Shown one piece after another: positions 18,599 through 26,487 of a stretch of 57,290 bases of DNA. Origin of the DNA: Acidimicrobiia bacterium. Lineage in GTDB: Bacteria > Actinomycetota > Acidimicrobiia > Spongiisociales > UBA5794. The stretch is taken from positions 1 to 57,290 of the forward strand of contig JASJBC010000005.1 in the NCBI GenBank assembly GCA_030066715.1, written 5' to 3'. The translations under genes and the position numbers were made by a program. Within the stretch, counting starts at the first letter, position 1. Every line of letters begins with the position of its first letter. Below the pieces are notes generated by a model that was not told where the DNA came from, made no database searches, and was given only the letters and a program-made list of their open reading frames with translations.

Positions 18599-19561
18599 GT
18601 GAAGAGGATTGTTGGCGTTGTCCTCATGACGGCCCTCCTTGCGGGCTGCGGATCATCCGATTCCGTTCCCACCGAGGCTCCGGAGGCAACCACCGCAAGG
18701 ACCACCCTCCTCGAGGCGGGCTCGTTCACCGGAGTCGATGGCGTAACCAGCGACGTCTCGGATTCCTCCCGCGTCGTTGCCCTCACGGGAGACATCACGG
18801 AGGTCATTTTCGAGTTGGGTCTTGGAGACCGAGTTGTAGCGGTGGACATCACCACAACGCATCCGCCGGAGACCGACGACATCAAGAGCGGCGGCGGCTT
18901 GGTCGGATTCGGGCAAGCGCTCAATGTGGAAGCGGTCCTGAAGTTCGAGCCCACCCTCGTGATTGGTGATGAGACGATCGAGCCCCAGGAGACCATCGAC
19001 CTCATCCGTGGCGCCGGCGTCCCGGTTGTGATCATGGAGTACCACACGACCCTCGAGGGTGTCGGCCAGAAAATCCGAGACGTTGCCCACATCATGGGAG
19101 TCCCGGAGCGCGGGGAGGAGCTTGCCGAAGAAGTCGGCTCTCGGATCGATGAGGCCAGGGAGCGAGCAACTTGGGATGGGGATGCGCCCCGGGTGGCGTA
19201 CCTGTATACAAGGGGGCCGTCGCTCATCTTCCTCTTCGGTGAGGGGATCCCCACGAACGCCATGATCGAAGGTGCCGGAGCGATCGACGTCGGGGCCGAG
19301 GTTGGGGAAGGCTCGATGGCCCTCACCCCGGAGGCCCTCGTGTCCGCAGCGCCCGATGTGATCGTGGTCCCTGAGTCCGGGCTTGTCGAGACCCGCGGGA
19401 TGGAGGCACTGCTGGAGATCCCCGGCGTGTCCGAAACACCGGCGGGTCGGAGCGAGGCGTTCCTGGCGTACGACGAGGCGTACTTCTTCAACCTCGGACC
19501 GAGAGCCGGCGACGCACTCGCAGACTTCGTCGCTGATCTCCGTGACCTCATGGACGGGTGA
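18599..19561 (+). CDS. Heme/iron-chelate ABC transporter substrate-binding lipoprotein (HmuT-like)
   Basis: Lipobox LAGC, RVVALTGDITEVIFELGLGDRVVAVD, RVAYLYTRG, LTPEALVSAAPDVI and NLGPRAG. GGAGG SD before GTG. Confidence 0.88.
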   Translation: MKRIVGVVLMTALLAGCGSSDSVPTEAPEATTARTTLLEAGSFTGVDGVTSDVSDSSRVVALTGDITEVIFELGLGDRVVAVDITTTHPPETDDIKSGGGLVGFGQALNVEAVLKFEPTLVIGDETIEPQETIDLIRGAGVPVVIMEYHTTLEGVGQKIRDVAHIMGVPERGEELAEEVGSRIDEARERATWDGDAPRVAYLYTRGPSLIFLFGEGIPTNAMIEGAGAIDVGAEVGEGSMALTPEALVSAAPDVIVVPESGLVETRGMEALLEIPGVSETPAGRSEAFLAYDEAYFFNLGPRAGDALADFVADLRDLMDG

Positions 19562-20577
19562 TGACAACCGACCACCTCTACGACCCTTTTGCCGTCAAGC
19601 GGCGCTGGTACTGGGTGACAGCCGGGGCGGCGCTTGTCGCAACGTTGCTTGCGTCCCTGGCGATCGGTGCCGTCGACGTCTCGATCGGAGGGGTTGTCGA
19701 TTCCTTCCTGTCACGCATCGGCATCAGGACCGAGCCCGCCACCGACCCAATCGTCTGGGAGATTCGCTTCCCGAGGGCGATGACCGCCCTTGTCGTGGGA
19801 GCCGCACTCGGCTTGGTCGGTGCAGTCCTGCAAGGGCTCCTGCGGAATGACCTGGCCGATCCGCACCTTCTCGGCCTCGGGCCCGGCGCTGCGATCGGCG
19901 CTGCGATCGGTACCGCTACGGCAGGTATCCAGGCAGGCATCGCCGGAGGGGTGTTCGCCGGCGTTGCCGCCTCGTTCCTGCTCCGGCGGCTCGCCAGGAG
20001 GATCTCGGTTGATCCCACCCGAATCATCCTGAGCGGTGTCGCTCTGGGGTTGGTGCTCAACGCCTGGGTGGGCTTCGTCGTCTTCGGGCTCGATAGGAGT
20101 TCCGTGCCTCCTCTGGAGTTCTGGTTGCTGGGCAGCCTCTCCGGGTCGTCCTGGCGAAGCTTCGGAACGGTCGCCGTCTTTCTCAGCCTCGCAGCAGCCG
20201 GGCTCTTTTTGGCAACGCGAAGCCTCGATCTGATGGCGTTTGGCGATAGTGAGGCCCGCCACCTCGGTGTGGATACCGACATGGTCACGACGATGGTAAT
20301 GATCGCTTCCGGTGCCGCCGTCGGTGCCACGGTGGGAGCAGCGGGTGTGATTGCATTCGTCGGCCTGCTCGTCCCGTTCATTGCTCGTTCGTTGGTCGGG
20401 CATGAGCACAAGCACCTGCTCCCTGCTTCGATGATCGGCGGGGCGATCTTCGTTGCGGCATCAGACCTCGCCGCCCGGACGTTGATCGAGCCCGTTGAGC
20501 TCCCCGTCGGTCTGATCACGGCTGCCGTCGGCGGGCCCGTCTTCTTGTGGTTGCTCGGGAGGAGGCGTGATGTCTGA
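19561..20577 (+). CDS. FecCD/HmuU-family ABC permease
   Basis: IRFPRA, LQGLLRNDLADP, EARHLGV, IAFVGLLVP and ELPVGLITAAVGGPVF. Confidence 0.92.
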   Translation: MTTDHLYDPFAVKRRWYWVTAGAALVATLLASLAIGAVDVSIGGVVDSFLSRIGIRTEPATDPIVWEIRFPRAMTALVVGAALGLVGAVLQGLLRNDLADPHLLGLGPGAAIGAAIGTATAGIQAGIAGGVFAGVAASFLLRRLARRISVDPTRIILSGVALGLVLNAWVGFVVFGLDRSSVPPLEFWLLGSLSGSSWRSFGTVAVFLSLAAAGLFLATRSLDLMAFGDSEARHLGVDTDMVTTMVMIASGAAVGATVGAAGVIAFVGLLVPFIARSLVGHEHKHLLPASMIGGAIFVAASDLAARTLIEPVELPVGLITAAVGGPVFLWLLGRRRDV

Positions 20578-21346
20578 CCCCATCATTCGAGTTGACAGCG
20601 CTTCTTTCTCTGTGGGTTCCGCAACTCTCGTGGATTCCGTTTCCCTCGAGGTTGCAGCCGGGAGCGTTGTTGCCATCTGCGGTCCGAACGGAGCAGGAAA
20701 GTCCACGCTCTTGCGGATGCTCGCTGGTGACCTCGTTGCCGATGAGGGGGAGGTGCTGATCGACGGCGCGCCCGTAGGGTCCACAGCCCCGAGCGACCTC
20801 TCGAGAATGAGATCGGTGTTCCAGCAGAGTTCCAGACCGGATGCGCCCTTCACCGTTCGCGCGGTGGTCGCCATGGGGCGGTACCCGTATCGCGGCGATG
20901 CCGGGGTCTCCGGACAGGACGACGCCCGGGCAATCCACGATGCGATGGAACGAACAGATGTCGCACAATTCGCCGGCCGCTCGTTCGCCACGCTCAGCGG
21001 CGGTGAACGGACACGAGTGCTCATGGCCCAAGTCATCGCTCAGGCGGCTCCGGTAGCGCTGCTCGATGAGCCCACGACGGCGCTCGATGTAGCGCATCAA
21101 GAAGCGGTCCTCGAGCAGATCTCAGACCTGGCATCGGCCGGCACGACGGTGATAGCCGTGTTGCACGATCTCAACGCAGCAGCGTTCTACGCCGACGTCG
21201 TCGTCCTGATGGCCGAGGGTCGGGTTGTGGCAACCGGCACGCCAGCGGAGGTGTTGAACGAGGACCTGCTGGTGGACATCTACCGGCAACCGATCACCGT
21301 CATCGAGCATCCGACCCGGCAATGCCCGCTTGTGGTGGTCGCATAG
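20570..21346 (+). CDS. Heme/iron-chelate ABC transporter ATP-binding protein (HmuV-like)
   Basis: GPNGAGKST, LSGGERTRV, LLDEPTTALD and VLHDLNAA. Confidence 0.92.
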   Translation: MSDPIIRVDSASFSVGSATLVDSVSLEVAAGSVVAICGPNGAGKSTLLRMLAGDLVADEGEVLIDGAPVGSTAPSDLSRMRSVFQQSSRPDAPFTVRAVVAMGRYPYRGDAGVSGQDDARAIHDAMERTDVAQFAGRSFATLSGGERTRVLMAQVIAQAAPVALLDEPTTALDVAHQEAVLEQISDLASAGTTVIAVLHDLNAAAFYADVVVLMAEGRVVATGTPAEVLNEDLLVDIYRQPITVIEHPTRQCPLVVVA

Positions 21347-21394
21347 GTTGCTACACGAGGGGAAACCGAGTCTGCGGCTCATGAAGCCGTCGGT

Positions 21395-21631
21395 ATCGGG
21401 ATGCTCATTCGTCAAGATGCTCACTACGGGAACCTTCACATCACCGACGCCGGGTTGGTAACTCTCTGCGACTTCGATGCCTGCGGGTACGGCACACCGA
21501 CCCACGACATCACGGCCGTGCTCTTCTATGGCTAATCGGCCAGGAGTCGCCGGGTGACGTCACACTGCTGGAGGGCCGCTTCATGGACGGTCGCCCCCAA
21601 CCGCATCCGCAATGGTGTTTCTTACCTCGGC
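21395..21631 (+). pseudogene. Remnant of an APH/homoserine kinase type II-like phosphotransferase
   Basis: 21401-21535 translates to MLIRQDAHYGNLHITDAGLVTLCDFDACGYGTPTHDITAVLFYG* (HxDxxxxN-like and DFD motifs). A further piece, RFMDGR / NRIRNGVSYLG, is frameshifted at about 21577-21631. Confidence 0.7.
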
Positions 21632-21798
21632 CCACCGCCGGTCGAAGTCCTGTGAGTTGGCCGCCTGAGAAGTGGTGTTGGTGTCACGATCTGGTCTCCC
21701 ACAACTGGGTCGTCGCGCCGCAGCGTTGGTCCTCTGGAGTCAGCCATCTCGGTCAGGCCAAATAGGGGGGCGTGCGGCTGAGGCCTTGCTGGGAGAAT

Positions 21799-22830
21799 TC
21801 AGATGTCGAGGATCACCACGGTCACCCGATCTTCACGTGCCAGGAGATAGCGCACCCGGCCGTCAGACCCAAGCTCGAATGCCCGCTCGATCTCGACGAA
21901 CTGCTCCGCGACATCGAACCGCACCTCACCGAGGACTTCGCCGTCAGCCGACCTCCGCTGAATCCGCCAAGAGACGGCAATGGCCTCCCCGGAGAGATCG
22001 ACCTCGGAGATGAGAATGACTGTGGTTCCGTCGGGTGCGGCGCCTAAGACCGTCACTCCGCCGAGGTCGGTGCCTCGGGTCACGAAGTATTCGTCCATGC
22101 CTATCGAGACGAACGTCTCCCTTCCCTCGCGCGGCGTCACTGCCACCATGGCCCCGCCGTAGGACGGACCATCGACCGGGGCGAATCCGTCCGCTCCGAC
22201 CCTGGCGTAGCGGGCGCCGAACTCGAACTCGAGGAGGATGCCGTCGTCGTCCCAGGCCAATCCGGTCAAGCCGTCCTCGAGGCGATAGCCGAGTGGGAGC
22301 TCGTAGGTGGACTGAAGCTCGCCGCTCCCGGTGAGGATGTGGACCCGGTAGCGGAGAACATCGAGGTTGATGTCGAGCAGTGCGATTGCAGTCCCGTCGG
22401 TCGCGACGTCGCTCACCACATCCACCTCGTACTGTGCGAGGTCGATTGTGCCCGATGGCTGCCCGGCCGCATCGAAGATGAGAAGTCTCGGCTCACCACG
22501 TTTCACGGCGATGGTGTCGGCGACGACTATCGAGCCGTCGTCGAGTACGGCGAACGAACTTGGTCCCGTGGCGGGACTGCCGGTTGCGTCGTAGGTGACC
22601 CCATTCATCCCAACCGGGATGTCGAATGACGCGGGCTCCGGCGGCGGTGTGGTGGTGGTTGCCGGAGCCGTGGTTGTCGGCGCCGGGTTCGCCGGGGACG
22701 TTGCAGTCACAACCGAGGTAGTGGATGTGGTCGTCGGCGTGAAGTCGGCACCAGCCGTTGTGGGGGAGTCGCTGGGGCCTGCGCAGGCGGACACAGCGAC
22801 GAGGACCAGTGCGACCGTAGTGAATCTCAT
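21799..22830 (-). CDS. Lipoprotein with Thr/Pro-rich linker and beta-rich (propeller-like) domain
   Basis: MRFTTVALVLVAVSAC lipobox, AGGAG SD and GPSSFAVLDDGSIVVAD. Confidence 0.8.
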   Translation of the reverse strand: MRFTTVALVLVAVSACAGPSDSPTTAGADFTPTTTSTTSVVTATSPANPAPTTTAPATTTTPPPEPASFDIPVGMNGVTYDATGSPATGPSSFAVLDDGSIVVADTIAVKRGEPRLLIFDAAGQPSGTIDLAQYEVDVVSDVATDGTAIALLDINLDVLRYRVHILTGSGELQSTYELPLGYRLEDGLTGLAWDDDGILLEFEFGARYARVGADGFAPVDGPSYGGAMVAVTPREGRETFVSIGMDEYFVTRGTDLGGVTVLGAAPDGTTVILISEVDLSGEAIAVSWRIQRRSADGEVLGEVRFDVAEQFVEIERAFELGSDGRVRYLLAREDRVTVVILDI

Positions 22831-22980
22831 CGGAGTGTCTCCTCAACCTGTGCCAACCGGAAAGGTACATGACTGCCGGTGAGTCTCGACGCGGGCGCCG
22901 GCCCGGGGGAAGCTGCCTGCAACAGACCACAGCATGTCCGGTGTCTCGCTGCGCATGCCGTCTGTTTCAGCAGCATGGGA

Positions 22981-23383
22981 ACCACTTCGGGTGCTGACCA
23001 GGCAGCCAACATGATTGCCACCGTGCCCGCTGAACTCGGCATGATGCCCCCGGGCTGTTGACCTCGAGTTCTCCGGCAACTGTTCCGCTCGCCCCGCTTT
23101 CGAGGACTTCCGTGTGGGACTGGACGTGTTCCTCGACACGATCGAAGCCCATATCAGCTCCGGCCCGTGATCTACACCAACGCCCACTTGTATCAGCAAT
23201 ACCTCGATGAGGAACCGCAGCAGGTCATCTGGTGGATGCAATCACCGATTCTTGAACCGTGGGGTTCGCCCGACTGGACGTTCTGGCAATACACGCCTGG
23301 GCCTAGAGCGGGAGTCGATGGCGACGCGGACCGCAACGTCTTCGACGGCAACCAAGCAGACCTCATCGGCCTTAGTCGCCGAG
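22981..23383 (+). pseudogene. Glycoside hydrolase family 25 (lysozyme) pseudogene
   Basis: Three frames join into SGADQAANMIATVP..MMPP / AVDLEFSGNC...FLDTIEAH / RPVIYTN...WTFWQYT...GVDGDADRNVF. Frameshifts near 23053 and 23155. N-terminal half absent. Confidence 0.85.
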
Positions 23384-23971
23384 CTACTGGCCGGGCCAGG
23401 TCACCCGGCCACCCCCAGCGCCAGGGGCAGAGACTGATTCGATCTGCCATCTGCCGGTCCCGGATTCTCTGAGCTGGAACTCGACATCTCCCTCGACACC
23501 CGCGACCTCCGCCATCACGATTGCGATGTCGCCCTCGAGTCCCTCGTTCTTGATCGTCACGTCCCCGCTCAGATCGATGAGGTACGCACTGTTCCTGTCG
23601 GCAATGAGCATGACCTGGTCGAAGAGCCACCACTCGTCGGCATACTCCAAATCCTCGAAGAAGAGGTCGTTCTGCAGCCACGCCTGGACATCGTCCGTAG
23701 CGTCGGGTCCGACGATCTGGCTCCACTGCAGGAGATTGACATGCTGGGTGACCCTGGTCTGAGCATGCCGACCAAAGGACAACCAAACGGCCATGAAATC
23801 ATCCCGAGCAAATGCGTCAGCCAAGGTCTCCACAGCAGCCGTCGGCGAACTCAGATCGAGCGACTCGTAATACGTTCGCGCCCCATCCCGGTGTGGCGAG
23901 CTGCTGCCACACCCAGCAACGAACAGAGCGGTCACGGCAACCAGCACAGTGAGTCGTGACAGACGATTCAT
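23384..23971 (-). CDS. Lipoprotein of unknown function (NTF2-like)
   Basis: MNRLSRLTVLVAVTALFVAGC lipobox, SSPTAAVETLADAF and C-terminal GRWQIESV. TAGCAT 7 nt before the ATG. Confidence 0.8.
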   Translation of the reverse strand: MNRLSRLTVLVAVTALFVAGCGSSSPHRDGARTYYESLDLSSPTAAVETLADAFARDDFMAVWLSFGRHAQTRVTQHVNLLQWSQIVGPDATDDVQAWLQNDLFFEDLEYADEWWLFDQVMLIADRNSAYLIDLSGDVTIKNEGLEGDIAIVMAEVAGVEGDVEFQLRESGTGRWQIESVSAPGAGGGRVTWPGQ

Positions 23972-24110
23972 CTCGACGATGCTACCGACCCCCGGGCCCC
24001 GAGCTTCGCCGAACGAACCCGGTACCCGGGATCGGCACGCGCTGCCGCTCATTGCGCTTTGGGTGGCGGCTACGAGGTGTGCTTGATGTTCCTAGGTCGG
24101 GAAGGTGCGC

Positions 24111-24598
24111 CTACGTGGGTGGCATCGCGGCAGTGTTGAGCAGTTCGTGGGGTAGGCCGGGGACGAGGTCGTTCCATTGGCTTGTGTCTAACTGCATCGA
24201 GTGTCCGTTCTGGAGTGTGATTGTGAGTGATTGGCGTCGGAACTTCGACTCAGCTTCGATGGAAGCGATCTTGCTGAACGGAATCGTTGCGACGACCTCG
24301 AAGTCAGCGATCCTCCAAGCCCCCAGGGCGATGAAGGTCAGGGCGTCTGCGGTGGCACCCAGCACTACCCGGTTCCGCCGGCGACCTCTTTGTCATTGCG
24401 AGCTTTGCGATCGCCAGCGATGGTGCCTGCGCCCGCTCCGAGCCCGCAACCGACAGCGAGAGTGATTGTGTCATTCAGACCAAAGGCGTACCCAAACGCG
24501 TAGGCGGCAGCCATTCCGGCGACAAACCAGATGAAGGGAAACGAGGTAGATCTCCAGGCAAGGGCAACACTACATCGACGCACGCGACATTCTTCCAC
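24111..24598 (-). pseudogene. Probable frameshifted membrane protein (2 TM plus PH-like beta domain)
   Basis: ORFs 24365-24598 (hydrophobic) and 24111-24365 (TIPFSKIASIEAESKFRRQSLTITLQNG) abut, and a single frameshift near 24370 would join them. Confidence 0.45.
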
Positions 24599-24939
24599 TC
24601 ACGTCCGACGGCCAGAAATCGGCACACCGTGAGCCCCTGGCAGTCACCTAGCAACCCTGTGCTCGCGCAACTGGCCGCTCAGATCAACTGAACATTGAGG
24701 TCGGCCCGAAACTCTCGGACGGATCCGTCTAGCGAATCGGCCGATTCCCCGAGCCCCTCCACCGAGTCTCCAATGCCCTCGACGAGCGTCGTCGGGTCTT
24801 GGAAGAACATCGCATAAGCCATGGTGTCCCGATCAGAACCGGCGAAAGCGCCGACATCCAGACGGCTTCAACCAAGGTGGTCTCCAATCCTCCTTGATTG
24901 GGGTTCCGCCGGGATCCGCCCGGAGCTCCTCTCTGCGGG

Positions 24940-25761
24940 TTAGCGGCTCATCGTCCATTCACCGTCAGCTTCAATGTCGTACAGAATCGCACCGGGGATT
25001 GATAGGACGGTTCCGCTGTAGTCGCCGATCTCGTTGACGAGGAGGTCCCGATCGTCTGCTGAGTAGACCCAGATAGCGACGTTGCTCTCACCGTCATGTG
25101 TGATCGTGAGGCGGCTTGCCCCCGATGGTGGGTCCGGATCGACGACCACGTCAGCGCCCGTACCGGAAACTGATGAGCCAACAAACTGTGTTGCATAGAA
25201 GATTGGCTGAAGCTCGATGGTCCACGAACCATTTGCTGAGATCTCCATGAACGCAACTTCTTCACCGATGAGGAGGTTGATCGGGCGACGACCTTCGTAC
25301 GCCCCGACTTCGTTCACAAGCAGATCGATCCGATCGCCGTCAGCGTCGTAGGAGACGACAGCGAAATTGCCGGACCCAGAATGGGTGAACGCAGCGATCG
25401 CGATGTCATTCTGCGGAACCTCAGTGTCGACCACATCGTCGCCGGAACCGGTTAGGACTATCGGCTCGGACCACTCAGGGATAGTGGTCGTCGTCGTTGT
25501 TGTCGTTGTAGTTGTGGTTGTTGTAGTTGTCGACGTGGTGGTCGTCGACGTGGTTGTCTCGGGAGCGGCTGTCGTCGTGGTTGTCTCGGGAGCCAACGTA
25601 TCGGCAGATGTGCTCTCGGAGGCTGCAATGGTTGTTTCAGGCGTCTCCGCAGGGCCCTCGTCATCTTGCCCCCCACCAGCTATGCCACCTACGACGATCA
25701 GGGCGGCAACGACCCCTATGCCGATCTTCTGGTTGCGAGATCTCCGATTCCACCATTGCAT
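24940..25761 (-). CDS. Membrane-anchored surface protein with poly-Thr stalk and two tandem beta-domains
   Basis: N-terminal TM, long Thr run, two related modules (TGSGDDVV..HSGSGNFAV..LLVNEVG; SGTGADVV..HDGESNVAI..LLVNEIG). GAGGAGG SD. Confidence 0.85.
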   Translation of the reverse strand: MQWWNRRSRNQKIGIGVVAALIVVGGIAGGGQDDEGPAETPETTIAASESTSADTLAPETTTTTAAPETTTSTTTTSTTTTTTTTTTTTTTTTIPEWSEPIVLTGSGDDVVDTEVPQNDIAIAAFTHSGSGNFAVVSYDADGDRIDLLVNEVGAYEGRRPINLLIGEEVAFMEISANGSWTIELQPIFYATQFVGSSVSGTGADVVVDPDPPSGASRLTITHDGESNVAIWVYSADDRDLLVNEIGDYSGTVLSIPGAILYDIEADGEWTMSR

Positions 25762-25822
25762 GCTTGCCTCCTCAGAGCCAGGAACAGCTCTGCGCTGAAT
25801 GCGGCCATTTACTGCACGGTGC

Positions 25823-25850
25823 TTATCGGCAGCCGAGGGATCGTGGTTGA
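25823..25850 (-). promoter_or_regulatory. Sigma-28 (FliA/WhiG)-type promoter
   Basis: Minus strand reads TCAA-N16-GCCGATAA, about 60 nt upstream of ATG 25761. Confidence 0.6.
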
Positions 25851-26186
25851 GGGCACACCAGCTCCCCTCTCATCGGCGTGATGCCCGTTTTGGGCATCTA
25901 GCGTCGCCGTAAGTGGCTATTGATCTCCCAACTCACGGGAACGAAGCTCCCCGTCCCAAGATGATGGAGTGGCCCTGAGTCTGCCTTTGATGCTGAGGAC
26001 TCTCGAGCCACAGAGATGTACTAGCGGTTGGCTGAGCGGAAGGACGAGAATCCGGGCTTAACAGTGCTGGGTGGCCTCTAGCGGGGGCTGCTAGGCGGTC
26101 GCCCCCCATTCTCTCCACGTTTCGTGTTCGGGTTAGGCCGTGCAAGTTGTCCGGGTTCGGGAATCCCCTTTATCCCCCGCCTCCCC

Positions 26187-26215
26187 TTGACACATCGGCG
26201 GCCTGCTGCGAGAGT
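26187..26215 (+). promoter_or_regulatory. Putative housekeeping-sigma promoter for the ABC exporter leader
   Basis: Perfect TTGACA (26187-26192), 17-nt spacer ending TGc, imperfect -10 GAGAGT. Confidence 0.5.
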
Positions 26216-26219
26216 TCTT

Positions 26220-26487
26220 GGTGGCCGTGGACGCAACATAGAAGTGCGTGTGCGGCCGTTCGTATGTGCGACCGGACACGGTCGAGAGAAAGAGCGCTTG
26301 ATGTACCGGCTTCTCCCCATCAGCGTCGCGGGCAGGGTTCACCCCGCGGCTTAGAACAAGGGTCCGCCCTGCGGATCTGAGCTGAACCAGCGCCTGGCGA
26401 GACGACTCACAGTCGATTCGCCGCTCTCGACACGCACGCCTGAGACCTCCGTAGCTGTGGAGTTCTCAACACCGCAAAGGCAAGAAG
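26220..26487 (+). promoter_or_regulatory. Structured 5' leader with uORF MYRLLPISVAGRVHPAA (26301-26354); putative attenuator
   Basis: Purine-rich tract before ATG 26301 and several complementary segments (detailed in findings). Confidence 0.55.

Noticed and set aside
24600-24939. Minus-strand gene fragment after an AAGGAGG tract
   Set aside because: No frame gives a recognisable protein. It may be decayed coding DNA but cannot be supported.
25880-25898. Hairpin GATGCCC-gtttt-GGGCATC as a terminator
   Set aside because: No gene ends just upstream on either strand and there is no U-tract.
21347-26186. Prophage or integrative element
   Set aside because: A GH25 remnant and variable genes are present, but no integrase, transposase, structural genes, tRNA or att-like direct repeats were seen.
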